From an uncultured Puniceicoccaceae bacterium (lineage in GTDB: Bacteria > Verrucomicrobiota > Verrucomicrobiia > Opitutales > Oceanipulchritudinaceae): a stretch of 46,451 bases of DNA. The stretch spans positions 1 through 46,451 of the forward strand of contig CAWVVV010000008.1 of NCBI GenBank assembly GCA_963933835.1, in the 5' to 3' direction. The translations under genes were made by a program, and so were the position numbers. How positions within the stretch are numbered: position 1 is the first letter of the stretch; each line of letters begins with the position of its first letter. Shown piece after piece: positions 19,226-29,916 of the stretch. The notes beneath the pieces were generated by a model. It searched no databases, was not told the DNA's origin, and saw nothing but the letters and a program-made list of their open reading frames with translations.

Positions 19226-20809
19226 TTAGGAATCTTCGCTCGTCGTTTTGACTTCTACAACGTCGTGCGGAGAGCTTTCGCGCTGTCCGGCTGGGCTGAC
19301 GCGGATGTAGCGAGCGCGTTCCCGCAGCTCGGCGAGGTTCTGCGCTCCGAGATAGCCAAGGCCGCTTTGCACCCCTCCGACGAGCGGGCGGAGGACGTCT
19401 TCGACGTTGCCGGAAATTTCTTTGAGCGCTTCGATGCCTTCGGCGGCAACCTTGTCGGTCTTCTGGTTTTCTTTGGTGTGGCCGTAGCGGGCGGCGCTGC
19501 CAGACCTCATCGCTTCAAGACTACCCATGCCACGGTATTGCTTGTAGACCTTACCGTTGATTTCCATCACGCGCCCAGGGGCTTCGCGGGCTCCAGCGAG
19601 GATACTTCCACACATCACGGCGTTCGAGAGAGTGAGGGCTTTGACCATGTCGCCACTCTTCGTGATGCCGCCATCAGCGATGATGCGGACGCCGGTGCTT
19701 TGGGCGGCTTTGGAGCAAACGTAGAGCGCCGTCATCTGCGGGATACCAACGCCAGCAACGATCCGCGTTGTGCAGATTGAGCCGGGGCCTTGGCCAACCT
19801 TAACAGCATCAGCGCCACACTTAGCGAGAAATTCGACACCCTCTGCGCTCGTGACGTTACCAGCGATAAGGTTGAGCTCAGGGAACTCGCTGCGAAGTAG
19901 TTTAACGACGTCACCGACGCCTGCGCTGTGACCGTGGGCAGTGGAGACGGCGAGGGCATCAACGCCTTCGTCAACAAGAGCAGCGGCGTGGCCGAGGATG
20001 CGGTCGTTGTCGAGTTCGCCCGTCTGCGTCCGGGTCGCACTGATCGCTGCGCCACAAAGAAGGCGGAAGTGGGCATCGCGGGCAGGCCGCACGGCGGCAG
20101 ACTCCTCTTCGCGAATGCGCTCGATGTCGCTCATCGTAAAGAGGCCTTTGATCCGTTCGTTGTCATCGATAACGATGAGCTTGTGGATGCCCATATGCTG
20201 GGTGAAATATTCGTCGGCTACATTGATCGGATCGGTCGCGATGTCCTTCTCGTTGATCGTGAGGACGTCTGCGCGCGGAGTCATGGCGTCGGAGACCTTG
20301 ATGTGGCGGTAGCGCTCTTTGACGATGCGGCCACGAAGGAGGCCGACAAAGCGACCGGTGCTTGTTTCGACGACAGGGAAGGTGCGGAATTTGTAGTCCT
20401 TTTCCTCCACCATCTCAAGGACGTCACCAATGTAGACTTCAGGCGGGACCGTGATCGGATCTTGGATGAGGCCGTGGACGTCGTTTTTGACCTTCGTAAC
20501 TTCTCTGAGCTGTTGGCGCTCAGGCATGTTGTAATGGATGAGCCCGAGACCACCGTTACGCGCCATCGCGATCGCCATATCGGCTTCCGTGACCGTATCC
20601 ATATCGGACGAAATGATCGGCATCGGCAGCTCGAGACGTTCGGTCAGCTGCGTTGCTAAATTCGTCGATCGTGGGAGAACATTACTCAGGCGAGTAGCCA
20701 GCGTGATGTCGTCAAACGTGAGCCCCGTGTGTCGGTGGGCGTGGAAGAATGAGTCTGCGGGTTGATAAAAATCCAGATCGACAGCAGAATTCTCGCTTTG
20801 GTGCGCCAT
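19226..20809 (-). CDS. guaB: Inosine-5'-monophosphate dehydrogenase with CBS pair
   Basis: [40 protein letters not shown] and AEGIE motifs. Confidence 0.96.
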   Translation of the reverse strand: MAHQSENSAVDLDFYQPADSFFHAHRHTGLTFDDITLATRLSNVLPRSTNLATQLTERLELPMPIISSDMDTVTEADMAIAMARNGGLGLIHYNMPERQQLREVTKVKNDVHGLIQDPITVPPEVYIGDVLEMVEEKDYKFRTFPVVETSTGRFVGLLRGRIVKERYRHIKVSDAMTPRADVLTINEKDIATDPINVADEYFTQHMGIHKLIVIDDNERIKGLFTMSDIERIREEESAAVRPARDAHFRLLCGAAISATRTQTGELDNDRILGHAAALVDEGVDALAVSTAHGHSAGVGDVVKLLRSEFPELNLIAGNVTSAEGVEFLAKCGADAVKVGQGPGSICTTRIVAGVGIPQMTALYVCSKAAQSTGVRIIADGGITKSGDMVKALTLSNAVMCGSILAGAREAPGRVMEINGKVYKQYRGMGSLEAMRSGSAARYGHTKENQKTDKVAAEGIEALKEISGNVEDVLRPLVGGVQSGLGYLGAQNLAELRERARYIRVSPAGQRESSPHDVVEVKTTSEDS

Positions 20810-20871
20810 TAAAGGTGTAGAATTGCTTATTTGCCCTGAAGCAAGCGCAAACTAAGTTTGGGTGTGAAGAG

Positions 20872-21885
20872 ATGGAGTATCAGCTACAGTTTGTTCCTTA
20901 CCGGAGACCTTTTGCGGTGCCACTTCGAACCGCTCGTGGAGCGTGGTTTGAGCGCGAAGGCGTTCTTCTGCGGCTAGAACGTTCCGATGGGAAAGTCGGC
21001 TACGGAGAAGTTACGCCGCTGGAGGGGTTTGGCACCGAGAGCGCTGTTCAGGCGTGCGATTATCTGGCGGGGTATTCCGCTGGGCTCGTTGATGCGGATT
21101 TTTCAAGCATACCCAATCACCTGCCTTCGACGGCTTTTGGCCTGAGCTCGGCACGGTGGATGATTGAGGAGCCGAGGATCGACTACGCTTTTTCCAACTG
21201 TGCCCTATTGCCTGGGGGCGGGCCTGCGATGGAGGCGGTGGGTCCACTCTTGGACCAAGGTTTTCGAACCTTTAAATTGAAACTTGGGGTCGAGACGCTG
21301 AACCATGAGCTCGCACTGGTGAATGGACTACTTGGGATCTTGCCTGAGGATGGAAAACTGCGGCTCGATGCAAATTGCCACATGACGGAATCAGATCTGG
21401 AAAGCTGGCAGGCGTTTCTTTCCGGGAACGACTTGATCGATTTTCTTGAACAACCGTTTTTGGTCGGTCGTGAGCGTGCGATGTTCGAAAGCAGCGAGGA
21501 AGTAGGTCTGTCCCTCGCGCTCGATGAGTCAGTGGCGTCGATCGAGAGTTTTGAAAAATTTGCGGCCCTGCGTAGTTGGACGGGTCAACTCATCGTGAAG
21601 TCGTCGATCATGGGTTCAGTGGAAGAGCAGCGGCGGGTCGTGCCTGCTCATGCGAACCGGGTCATCGTCTCGTCTTCGTTTGAGACCGGGATCGGAGTCC
21701 ACTGCGTACTCAGGCTCGCGGCGGCTTTGGGCATCGGGCAAGCGGTGGGATTCGGCACCCTCGCTTTTTTTGCCGATCGCCTGAAAGGCTTTGAGCTCAG
21801 TCCCGTCCTGCAGAGCAATGAACTTGCAGACGATGGTTTAGAGTCGATCTGGGAGGCCGTGCGCCGGGAGTTTGTGATGAGCTAG
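20872..21885 (+). CDS. menC: o-succinylbenzoate synthase
   Basis: Enolase-superfamily motifs GYGE, TFKLKLG, LRLDAN, FLEQP, ALDES and SSSFETGIG. Confidence 0.85.
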   Translation: MEYQLQFVPYRRPFAVPLRTARGAWFEREGVLLRLERSDGKVGYGEVTPLEGFGTESAVQACDYLAGYSAGLVDADFSSIPNHLPSTAFGLSSARWMIEEPRIDYAFSNCALLPGGGPAMEAVGPLLDQGFRTFKLKLGVETLNHELALVNGLLGILPEDGKLRLDANCHMTESDLESWQAFLSGNDLIDFLEQPFLVGRERAMFESSEEVGLSLALDESVASIESFEKFAALRSWTGQLIVKSSIMGSVEEQRRVVPAHANRVIVSSSFETGIGVHCVLRLAAALGIGQAVGFGTLAFFADRLKGFELSPVLQSNELADDGLESIWEAVRREFVMS

Positions 21886-21983
21886 GCATCATTCATTCAT
21901 GGTCAACCGCTTGAAAGAATGCGAATTGATCAAAGTAATGAAGTCATCGGGTTTATGAAGGGTGTATTTAATCAGGAGGTCTT

Positions 21984-23240
21984 ATGAAACAGGATTGTGC
22001 TGAACTGAAGCGGCGTGGGGTTAGCTCAATCGTACCCAAAAGTAAGACGCTTGCCTTTGCCGAGGCATCGGATGCCTCAACCTTTTTGGCTGAAATGCGG
22101 GGCGCCTTTGAGGCGGAAATTGATCTTGGCCTCTTAGGGGCAGATTGGCCGGAGAGTGAACGTGTTCACGCCCGCAGTCGGCTCTTGGCTTTCGCGAATT
22201 CTGAACAGGCAGTCGAATGGCGTCAAAAATTTGGACCCCTCATCTATATTGCCTCGGGTGGGACGACAGGGGAGCGCCGCTTTGCCGTCCACACTGCGGC
22301 CTCTTTACGCGCAGCCGCGCTCGGCTTTATTGAGGGCTTTGGAGCCCCTGCCTGTGCTGCTTGGAACGTGCTGCCCCTCTACCATGTGGGCGGGTTGATG
22401 ACGTTGCTACGTGCCTTGGAGGCTGGAGCGCCGTGGGAAATGGGTCGTTACCGAAAGCTATCGGAGACGGCTCCGCCGAAAGAGTTTCGAGCAGCCCTCT
22501 CGCTTGTGCCTACTCAACTCCACCGCTTGCTTGAGATTCCCGCAGCGGTGCGGAACTTGAGGAAGTTTCAGCGGATCTTTATCGGTGGGGCAGAGTTGTC
22601 GGGCCAAGACGCAGAGAGCGCCCGCGCAGAAGGGCTCTCGCTCTCTCCATGCTACGGCATGACCGAAACGGCGGCGATGGTTGCGGCCCTTGAACCGGAG
22701 GCATTTCTCAGAGGCGTTGATGGATGTGGGCATCCTTTACCTCATGCACGCGTCGTTCTGGCTGAGGAAGACGCGAATGAAGAGGCGGCGATTGGTATCG
22801 TTTCGTCTTCTCTCGCCTTGGGTTGGGACTCGGGCGAGGTCTTTGATCAAGATCTCTTCTGGACCCAAGATACGGGGAGATTCGACCCCGAAGGGCACAT
22901 CGTCGTAACGGGCCGATTGGATCGCATGATCAACACCGGAGGGGAGAAAGTAGATCCTCTTCGAGTAGAGAACGCGATCCAGCGTCTCGCCGATGTTGAT
23001 GATGTCGCTGTCGTAGGCTTCAGCGATGTGGAATGGGGCGAGGTGGTCGTTGCCTTTGTCGTCGGTGGTCGTCTCGCGCCTGAAGCGATCTCCACCGAGC
23101 TCAAAAAGAGCGTCAGACCAGCAGAGGTGCCAAAGGTCGTGATGCCTCTTCAAATCCTCCCTCGCAGCGCGATGGGGAAGTTAGACCGGACGGCGCTCGA
23201 GAAAATCTGGAAGAAGCATTTGAAGCCTTCCGAAGCCTAG
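21984..23240 (+). CDS. menE: o-succinylbenzoate-CoA ligase (AMP-binding)
   Basis: SGGTTG, LPLYHVGGL, SLVPTQL, YGMTET and GRLDRMINTGGEKV motifs; follows menC. Confidence 0.85.
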   Translation: MKQDCAELKRRGVSSIVPKSKTLAFAEASDASTFLAEMRGAFEAEIDLGLLGADWPESERVHARSRLLAFANSEQAVEWRQKFGPLIYIASGGTTGERRFAVHTAASLRAAALGFIEGFGAPACAAWNVLPLYHVGGLMTLLRALEAGAPWEMGRYRKLSETAPPKEFRAALSLVPTQLHRLLEIPAAVRNLRKFQRIFIGGAELSGQDAESARAEGLSLSPCYGMTETAAMVAALEPEAFLRGVDGCGHPLPHARVVLAEEDANEEAAIGIVSSSLALGWDSGEVFDQDLFWTQDTGRFDPEGHIVVTGRLDRMINTGGEKVDPLRVENAIQRLADVDDVAVVGFSDVEWGEVVVAFVVGGRLAPEAISTELKKSVRPAEVPKVVMPLQILPRSAMGKLDRTALEKIWKKHLKPSEA

Positions 23241-23258
23241 CCGAGCTCAAATCGCTGA

Positions 23259-23462
23259 TCAATCGACGCGGACTTTTCCGTCATAGATCCACTTGCTCGC
23301 GACGCGGCCTTTACGGTCTTTAAATTTGATCCGTTGAAACTCGATGAGGCGTTCGTCATTGAGTGGCACTTTGTAGGTTTGGTCGCGCCAAGTCATTGGA
23401 TCCGGGAGTTCTTTGGCGGCATTGGCGACGACTTCGATACGGGGGATGTAGCGGTCTGACAT
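23259..23462 (-). CDS. Small hypothetical protein
   Basis: 67 aa ATG ORF starting 8 bp after the pseudopilin stop; fills the gap to menE. Confidence 0.6.
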   Translation of the reverse strand: MSDRYIPRIEVVANAAKELPDPMTWRDQTYKVPLNDERLIEFQRIKFKDRKGRVASKWIYDGKVRVD

Positions 23463-23470
23463 TTTAAATT

Positions 23471-24154
23471 CTAAAAGACTGTTCCGGTGTAGTCGAAAGC
23501 TTGAGCTCTCGGGCTGACGGCATCGGAGATATCTCCGGTGGATTGCTTGGTTGTGTAGTTGAGCAGCTGCCCTCCGTCTTCGCTCAAATCTTCGTAGAAG
23601 GTTACGGAGCCATCAAAGAGAAGAATGTGACCGCCATCGCTGCCGTAAACTCCCTCAGTTTCAGACCAAGTGCCATTAAGGTTAAGTCCACGGGTCCAAG
23701 CCAATGGGGTTGAGGAGCTAGCTTGAGTCGATAGTCGATTGACGACAACGAAGCTGAGCGGAAATCCAGTAAAATCAGGGTGCACGTTCCAGTCGCCGCT
23801 CCCGGAAGTGGGTGGGGTGGCAATGACGACGGGGAAACTGTCCTCGAGTTCTACGATCGGGTCTTCAGGGACAATGAACTTCTCCGGGTCGTTGAAGTCA
23901 GCATTCTCAGCGAGAACGCGCGCCCAGTCGTAGATATCGCTCGCATTCATCGTCCGCGGTCGCGAGCCATCGGTCGCGTAGGTCAGGTAGGCGGAATGAA
24001 TGTTGCGCAGTTTGCTGGCAGCGGCGGTTTTACGCGCGTTGTCCTGAATGCCCCCAACTGATGGGATGAGAATAACGGCAAGGATTCCAATAACCGCAAT
24101 CAGTTCAATCAGGGTGAATCCGTGCTGACGACGATCAGATTGCATAGGAAACAT
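23471..24154 (-). CDS. Prepilin-type N-terminal cleavage/methylation protein (pseudopilin-like)
   Basis: RRQHG|FTLIELIAVIGILAVIL class III signal; C-terminal GGHILLFDGSV segment. Confidence 0.85.
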   Translation of the reverse strand: MFPMQSDRRQHGFTLIELIAVIGILAVILIPSVGGIQDNARKTAAASKLRNIHSAYLTYATDGSRPRTMNASDIYDWARVLAENADFNDPEKFIVPEDPIVELEDSFPVVIATPPTSGSGDWNVHPDFTGFPLSFVVVNRLSTQASSSTPLAWTRGLNLNGTWSETEGVYGSDGGHILLFDGSVTFYEDLSEDGGQLLNYTTKQSTGDISDAVSPRAQAFDYTGTVF

Positions 24155-24202
24155 GCTACTCGTAAATGCGACACTGCCAATGAGCGCAAGCGTAGAGCGC
24201 GG

Positions 24203-25480
24203 CTACTTCGCGTAAGGCAGCGGATAGGCACTGCAAAGTTCGATCGCAATGGCCTTGCCAGCTTCGATTGCTTTCGGGTCTTCGGGAGCCTTTAGGACGA
24301 TATCGATGGCTTCAGCAATGCGTTTGAAGTCGGCTTCAACCATTCCTCGGCTCGTGCATGCCGGCGAACCGACGCGAAGGCCACTCGTCTTGAACGGACT
24401 GCGGGTCTCACCAGGGATCGAATTTTTATTCGTTGTGATGTGAGCCAGATCGAGAACTTCCTGAGCCTGCTTTCCGGTGACGTCGGGCAGATTTGGGCGC
24501 AAGTCGAGGAGCACAAGGTGGTTGTCTGTTCCGCCACTGCAAAGGCTATAGCCGCGAGCAACAAACTCCTCAGCCATCGCCGCTGCATTTTTGCGAACTT
24601 GGGCAGCGTAGATTTTGAAATCTGGAGTCATGCACTGCGCAAAGCACGTCGCTTTAGCCGCAATCACGTGCATCAGTGGACCGCCTTGTCCGCCTGGGAA
24701 GACAGCGCTGTTCAGTGCTTTCCCGTGCTCTTCCTTAGCGAGGATCAATCCGCCGCGAGGACCCCGTAAAGTCTTGTGCGTTGTCGTGGTGACGAAATCA
24801 CAGTGAGGGATAGGGCTTGGGTGCTCGCCCGTAGCGACGAGTCCAGCGATATGAGCAATGTCTGCGAGGATGTAGGCACCAACGCTACGGGCGATTTCGC
24901 CCATGCGTTCAAAGTCGATCGAACGTGGATAGGCCGACGCCCCCACCGTAATCATCTTCGGTTGTTCTTTCTCGGCCTGAGCCTGAAGTGCGTCGTAGTC
25001 GATGCGCCCGGTTTCGGGATCTACGCCGTAGTGAACAACCTCATACAGTTTACCTGAGAAATTGACCGGGCTGCCGTGGGTGAGGTGACCACCGTCGGCG
25101 AGATTCATTGTCAGGATCTTATCACCTGGCTTCAGGAAAGCGGTGTAGACGCCAAAATTAGCCTGGCTGCCGGAGTGGGGTTGGACATTGGCGAAGCCTG
25201 CTCCAAAGAGCGCCTTAGCGCGCTCAATCGCGAGGGTTTCGATTTTGTCAACGTGCTCGCAACCACCATACCAGCGTTTGCCCGGATAGCCCTCGGCATA
25301 CTTGTTTGTTAAGACACTCCCTTGAGCTTCCATCACCGCCGGAAGGGTGAAGTTCTCCGAGGCTATGAGTTCAAGGTGGTCTTCCTGCCGACCGCGTTCG
25401 GCGTGCAGGGAGGCGTAGATCTCAGGATCGAGTTCGGCGAGCGATTGAGCTGAGAGGGTGAGCGCAGAGGTGGTTGTCAT
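24203..25480 (-). CDS. glyA: Serine hydroxymethyltransferase
   Basis: [29 protein letters not shown] and [14 protein letters not shown] motifs. Confidence 0.97.
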   Translation of the reverse strand: MTTTSALTLSAQSLAELDPEIYASLHAERGRQEDHLELIASENFTLPAVMEAQGSVLTNKYAEGYPGKRWYGGCEHVDKIETLAIERAKALFGAGFANVQPHSGSQANFGVYTAFLKPGDKILTMNLADGGHLTHGSPVNFSGKLYEVVHYGVDPETGRIDYDALQAQAEKEQPKMITVGASAYPRSIDFERMGEIARSVGAYILADIAHIAGLVATGEHPSPIPHCDFVTTTTHKTLRGPRGGLILAKEEHGKALNSAVFPGGQGGPLMHVIAAKATCFAQCMTPDFKIYAAQVRKNAAAMAEEFVARGYSLCSGGTDNHLVLLDLRPNLPDVTGKQAQEVLDLAHITTNKNSIPGETRSPFKTSGLRVGSPACTSRGMVEADFKRIAEAIDIVLKAPEDPKAIEAGKAIAIELCSAYPLPYAK

Positions 25481-25492
25481 GCTGATTAAAAC

Positions 25493-27160
25493 TTAGAGGG
25501 CTTCTTCTTCTGGCTCGAGTTGGGCCAAGGTTTTACTCGTCCATTCACGGAGGACGAACCAACCACCGACATCCTCGCGCTTATCAGCGACGTCATTTTC
25601 GTAGAGGACTTGAGCGGTCGAGGCCATTTCTGGCGGCGTCTGTTTCTCTTCCACGTAGACAATTACAGCTGAAGGCTCAGTCACGATAGTGTCGGACACT
25701 TCTTTGCTCTCTAGTTGACGGATAGCATTCCAAGCCAGCCCTTGAAGTGAGGTTGGGCGATTTGTGACGGTGAATGTCTCAGGTTCGTCGATTTTAAAGC
25801 CGAGTGCCTCGGTCGCCGCCTTAAAGGTCGCCGTGTCAGTCGTGGTACTTGAAATAGTGACATCCCAAGCAGTGACTTGCTCAGAGAAAAGCCGGCGTTT
25901 TTCTTCTTCGGTCCAAGAGGCTTCGACCTGCGTGCGGACGACTTCAAGGCTTTGTAGTTCCTCTGGAAGGGTAGCTTCGTAGATGATGAGGGCTGCGCCA
26001 TCAGGCGTTTCAGCTAGGTCAGAGAAATAGCGGTCACCTTGCGCTAAGACCCATGCCGAGTTGAGGAGATCGGGGCGCAGGTCGGAAATGTTTTGAGTAG
26101 TTTCAAAGCTGTAGGGTGGCAGTGGTTCCACTGTGCCGCCATTGTCTTCGATGGCTTGGATGAACTCATCGCTATCTCTGGCGATAGCGTTTTCGTACAG
26201 GTAGACCGAGAACGTTTCCGAACTGGCACGGGCAAGCTGGATAGCGCGATCGTTGGTGTAGTCAGCGATAACGCGGTCACGAGCATCGGCATAGGTGACG
26301 GCTGGAGGTGGCTCCGTCGCATCGGGCTCTTGGCGAGGTTGGTAGCGGAAGCTGTAAGTGGAAAAATAGCTCGTGAGGTCGGTTTCACCCGGGGCCGGAA
26401 CCTGACTCGCAAAGGTGTTCGCCTGAAAGCGAATAGCGGTTGTCTGGACGCGCTCTGGTAGCGTGTAGCGCAGTGGGTTCTGCTCGTAGAAGGCAACAAC
26501 GTCGGCTTCTTCTAAGGTGATCGCAGGCGAGAAGTCCGCATAGTCATAGGTGGCGACTTTGACGGTCCATTCAGATTCAAACTCAAGGAAGCTTTTCTGG
26601 CCTTCGATGGGCAAAATGTAGCCAGGGCCAGAAAGGGTGTCACGGAGGTGCGCGATGCGAAAGTCTTCCTTAAGAACTTTCATCACCATGCCTTCAGTGA
26701 ACTGCGGTGAGGTCTGAAGGAGGTCTGAAAACTGAGTATAGAGGCTCGTGTCGAACTCGCGTGTGGTCGGGTCGAGGAAGCGGCTACGGGTGCGGAGAAA
26801 GTCCTTCAGCTCCTCATTGGTCGGCTCTGGGATGCCGACTTGATTGGCTAGGCCAAGGGCTGCGACGCGAAGCAGGGCGTAATCCTCTGCACTGCCAACT
26901 GAGCGCCGGAAGGCGGTCGAGTAGGTCATTTCCGGATCCATGCTCATGCTCAGCTGGGCGTGCTGCTGAATGAGCCGAACTGTCGAGCCATCAGTCAGAT
27001 CATAGCCGTAATAATCGACACTCTCGTTTTCGAAGGTGCGGTGCCCTCCGAAGTTTTGGTTCCCAATGGTGAGAACGAAAGTAACGATAATGACAACAAG
27101 CAGGGCTGAAAAGAGCCACTTGTTGTGCTTCAGGAGCATGTTTTGGATGCGAGTAATCAT
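25493..27160 (-). CDS. PpiD/SurA-N-terminal-like membrane-anchored periplasmic chaperone
   Basis: N-terminal TM anchor (WLFSALLVVIIVTFVL), helical SurA-N-like region and FYEQN..RY..PERV motif; no clear parvulin catalytic motif. Confidence 0.7.
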   Translation of the reverse strand: MITRIQNMLLKHNKWLFSALLVVIIVTFVLTIGNQNFGGHRTFENESVDYYGYDLTDGSTVRLIQQHAQLSMSMDPEMTYSTAFRRSVGSAEDYALLRVAALGLANQVGIPEPTNEELKDFLRTRSRFLDPTTREFDTSLYTQFSDLLQTSPQFTEGMVMKVLKEDFRIAHLRDTLSGPGYILPIEGQKSFLEFESEWTVKVATYDYADFSPAITLEEADVVAFYEQNPLRYTLPERVQTTAIRFQANTFASQVPAPGETDLTSYFSTYSFRYQPRQEPDATEPPPAVTYADARDRVIADYTNDRAIQLARASSETFSVYLYENAIARDSDEFIQAIEDNGGTVEPLPPYSFETTQNISDLRPDLLNSAWVLAQGDRYFSDLAETPDGAALIIYEATLPEELQSLEVVRTQVEASWTEEEKRRLFSEQVTAWDVTISSTTTDTATFKAATEALGFKIDEPETFTVTNRPTSLQGLAWNAIRQLESKEVSDTIVTEPSAVIVYVEEKQTPPEMASTAQVLYENDVADKREDVGGWFVLREWTSKTLAQLEPEEEAL

Positions 27161-27194
27161 GTATAGGCCGGGGCGCGTACGAAAGAAACGCTCG

Positions 27195-27222
27195 AAGCTA
27201 AAAGGCGGGCCTATCCTGTCAA
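27195..27222 (-). promoter_or_regulatory. Putative sigma70 promoter for ppiD-like-glyA
   Basis: Minus strand TTGACA-16 bp-TAGCTT, ~35 bp upstream of ATG 27160. Confidence 0.55.
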
Positions 27223-27267
27223 GCGCGGTAGACGCGCAATCGCTAGGTCTTGGATGCCCCAGGATGC

Positions 27268-28695
27268 TTAGTGAGCAGGATACTCTTGAAAGAGGGCGTC
27301 AAAGTTTGTCTCGCCGATCTTCTTGCGTTCCGAGTCTGTGGCGGAAGGAAGCCTCAGGTAGGCACCGAGGAGTGGATCGGAATTTGAGACGAATTCGACG
27401 CCTTGATTACTACCGTGGCGGGCGAAGGTTTCGCGGAATTCAACCAGGTTGAGCCGCGAAAGTGGCTTCGAAGGACGGTAGAGGGGGTCTTTCACATCGC
27501 TGTTATCGACGACGGGTACGATCCAGTTTTCCTCTGTAAGGATTTGAAGGCAGGGGTTGATCACGTTGCCTGGCACTTTAAGGGTGTGGGAAAGTTCCTC
27601 AGCACTCGGCTGGGTCTCACAGTTTTGAAAGCGACGAGCGATGTGGATGAAGATTCCGAGGGTGACGACTTCTCTGGCCTGCACGCTAATGCCCTTCCAC
27701 ATCTGCCGCCGGGTGAGGAATTCGACGTTTTGAAGGGCGTGGGTGAGCTGGGCTCCGACGAGGACAACCGACCAAAAAAGGTAGAGCCCCATCATAATGA
27801 TAAAGACGATGGCGAGGGAGCCAAAAAAGCTCTTCATCCGGATCACCCAACCGAGATAGAGGAACGACGCCACGTTGATCAGCATGAGTCCAACCGCAAC
27901 CGCAACAGCGGCAGTCAACGCGGGTTTGAAGCGGACCGCCGTGTTGGGAAAAAACTGGTATGCAAAGGTCAAAAGGCCGGTGAGGAGGAAGATTACGATG
28001 AGCGGTGCCGCTTTCACCATGAGGTAAGTGATATTCTCTCCAAAGGGCACGGCGTCGAAGTAGCTCGCGTAAGCCGAGGCCGAGAAGAGGGCCGTCGAGC
28101 CTGCTGCGATGATCGTTCCAAGGCTTAAGAAGGTCCAGTAGGAGACGATCCGCTGTCCCCAGTTTCGACCGATGCTGACGCCCCAGATTGCGTTGAAGGT
28201 CTTTTCAATCGTGGTGAGGAGGTTGATTCCGACCCAAAAGAGGAGGCCGAGGCCGAAAATCTGAAAGACGCTGCTGCCTTCTGTGTTGATCCCAATGCCC
28301 GTAAGGACGCTTTCCGCCCCGGTAACGATCTGGCTGATGAATAAATCGAGCTCGTTTTCGGTCCCGCCTTCGCCGGTCGGGACGGCTAGATCACCCGAAA
28401 GAAACGGGGCGACGAAATTGATGATCGTGCGGATCGACTCGTTGAGATCGGTTTGCACGAAGGAGCCTGTGATCAGGACCGCAATTGCCACGAGTGGACC
28501 TAGCCCGATGAGGGAGGCAAAGCTGAGGGCTGCCGCGCGCGTCAGGAGGTCGTTGCGCTGAGAGCCCTCGAAAGTGAGCGAGAGGATCCTCAGCCATCTA
28601 ACCCAGCGCTTGCCGATCGATAGGTTGGAGGTCTCCGGAGAGTGCCAAAGGTCGTGCTCGAAAAGGGTGCGTAATTTGAGGATTCGCTTGCGCAT
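27268..28695 (-). CDS. YihY/BrkB family membrane protein with C-terminal winged-helix-like extension
   Basis: RAAALSFASLIGLGP, IEKTFNAIW, FPNTAVR and FFGSLA...LVGAQL motifs; C-terminal helical domain. Confidence 0.85.
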   Translation of the reverse strand: MRKRILKLRTLFEHDLWHSPETSNLSIGKRWVRWLRILSLTFEGSQRNDLLTRAAALSFASLIGLGPLVAIAVLITGSFVQTDLNESIRTIINFVAPFLSGDLAVPTGEGGTENELDLFISQIVTGAESVLTGIGINTEGSSVFQIFGLGLLFWVGINLLTTIEKTFNAIWGVSIGRNWGQRIVSYWTFLSLGTIIAAGSTALFSASAYASYFDAVPFGENITYLMVKAAPLIVIFLLTGLLTFAYQFFPNTAVRFKPALTAAVAVAVGLMLINVASFLYLGWVIRMKSFFGSLAIVFIIMMGLYLFWSVVLVGAQLTHALQNVEFLTRRQMWKGISVQAREVVTLGIFIHIARRFQNCETQPSAEELSHTLKVPGNVINPCLQILTEENWIVPVVDNSDVKDPLYRPSKPLSRLNLVEFRETFARHGSNQGVEFVSNSDPLLGAYLRLPSATDSERKKIGETNFDALFQEYPAH

Positions 28696-28703
28696 AGAAG
28701 AGA

Positions 28704-29823
28704 TTAACGGGCCCAGAATAACCTAATTTCAGGGCATTGGAGCAAGACTTGAAAAAAGGTGCCCCCTGTGTGAGCACCCCTGGGTGAATTAATTGCGATC
28801 AAGAGTTGCGATCGTGATTGCATGCTAAGAGGTTTTTGCGTGTTATATTTATCAATCTCAGTCAGTTCGTCATCGCTGAAGGTGAGATTCTTAAGTGCGG
28901 CGACATTCTCTTTTATCTGTGCTGAGCTACTAGCCCTAAGCAGAAGCGTTGTGATCTGTGGTTTGCGTAGCGCCCAAGCGAGTGCCATTTGAGCTAGGCT
29001 CTGGCCGCGTTTTTCTGCGATCGTATTGAGGCTTTGGATACGGCCTAGGTTCTCTTCAGTGAGGAAGGCTTCTTTCATCGGGGAGCCCTTCGTTACACGC
29101 GAGCCTTTAGGGATGCCGTTGAGGTATTTTGTTGTTAGCATTCCTTGAGCGAGTGGGGAGAAAGGAATGCAGCCAACGCCCTCGTCTTCTAAGGCGTCGA
29201 GAAGATCTTCTTCAATCCAGCGATTGAACATCGAGTAGGAGGGTTGGTGGATTAGACAAGGAGTCCCTAGATCACGCAAGATGGCAGCGGCTTCGCGGGT
29301 TTTCTTTGCCGAGTAGGACGATATCCCGAGATAGAGGGCTTTGCCCTGTTGTACGACCGAGTGGAGAGCCCCCATCGTCTCTTCGAGCGGGGTGTCGGGA
29401 TCAAAACCGTGGGAGTAAAAGATATCGACATAATCGAGTCCCATACGGCCAAGGCTCTGGTCTAGGCTGGAGAGGAGGTATTTGCGCGAACCATTCCGAC
29501 CGTAGGGGCCGCCCCACATCCGATAGCCGGCCTTCGTCGAGATGATGAGCTCGTCGCGGTAAGCCTTGAGCTCGCCGTTGATGACGCGGCCAAAATTACG
29601 CTCTGCGGATCCCGGAGGCGGACCATAGTTGTTCGCTAAGTCAAAATGGGTGATCCCAAGATCAAAGGCGGTGAAGAGCATCTCCTTGATCTTGTCCTTT
29701 GAGGACCCGTCACAGAAGTTTGTGCCATAGGCCGAGTGAGATCGCAGGTAGGAGCAAGCCGCTGTGCCCACAGCGGTTGTAGAGCATCGAGTCGTAGCGT
29801 GCTGCGTTTGGGATATAAGTCAT
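28704..29823 (-). pseudogene. Frameshifted aldo-keto reductase (YghZ/Gpr-like)
   Basis: From ATG 29823: MTYIPNAARYDSMLYNRCGHSGLLLPAISLGLWH. An extra A (TTT at 29719-29721 on +) then breaks WHNF. The downstream frame has FDLANNYGPPPGSAE, STKAGY and HQPSYSM. The 3' end runs on into a non-homologous tail. Confidence 0.85.
28752..28778 (-). terminator. Rho-independent terminator-like hairpin
   Basis: Minus strand GGTGCTC-acacagg-GGGCACC followed by TTTTTT. Confidence 0.55.
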
Positions 29824-29916
29824 GCTCCGCTAAAGTCGCTTTATTTTCATGAAAGCGCAAGGGAGCTTTCGCCCCCGTAGTCTGGTTGGTTGGCTATCAG
29901 CGGGAGAATCAAACGA

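Noticed and set aside
17525..19780. Long plus-strand ORFs of 398 and 350 aa
   Set aside because: Antisense shadows of purA and guaB with no recognisable motifs; expected from codon bias in GC-rich genes.
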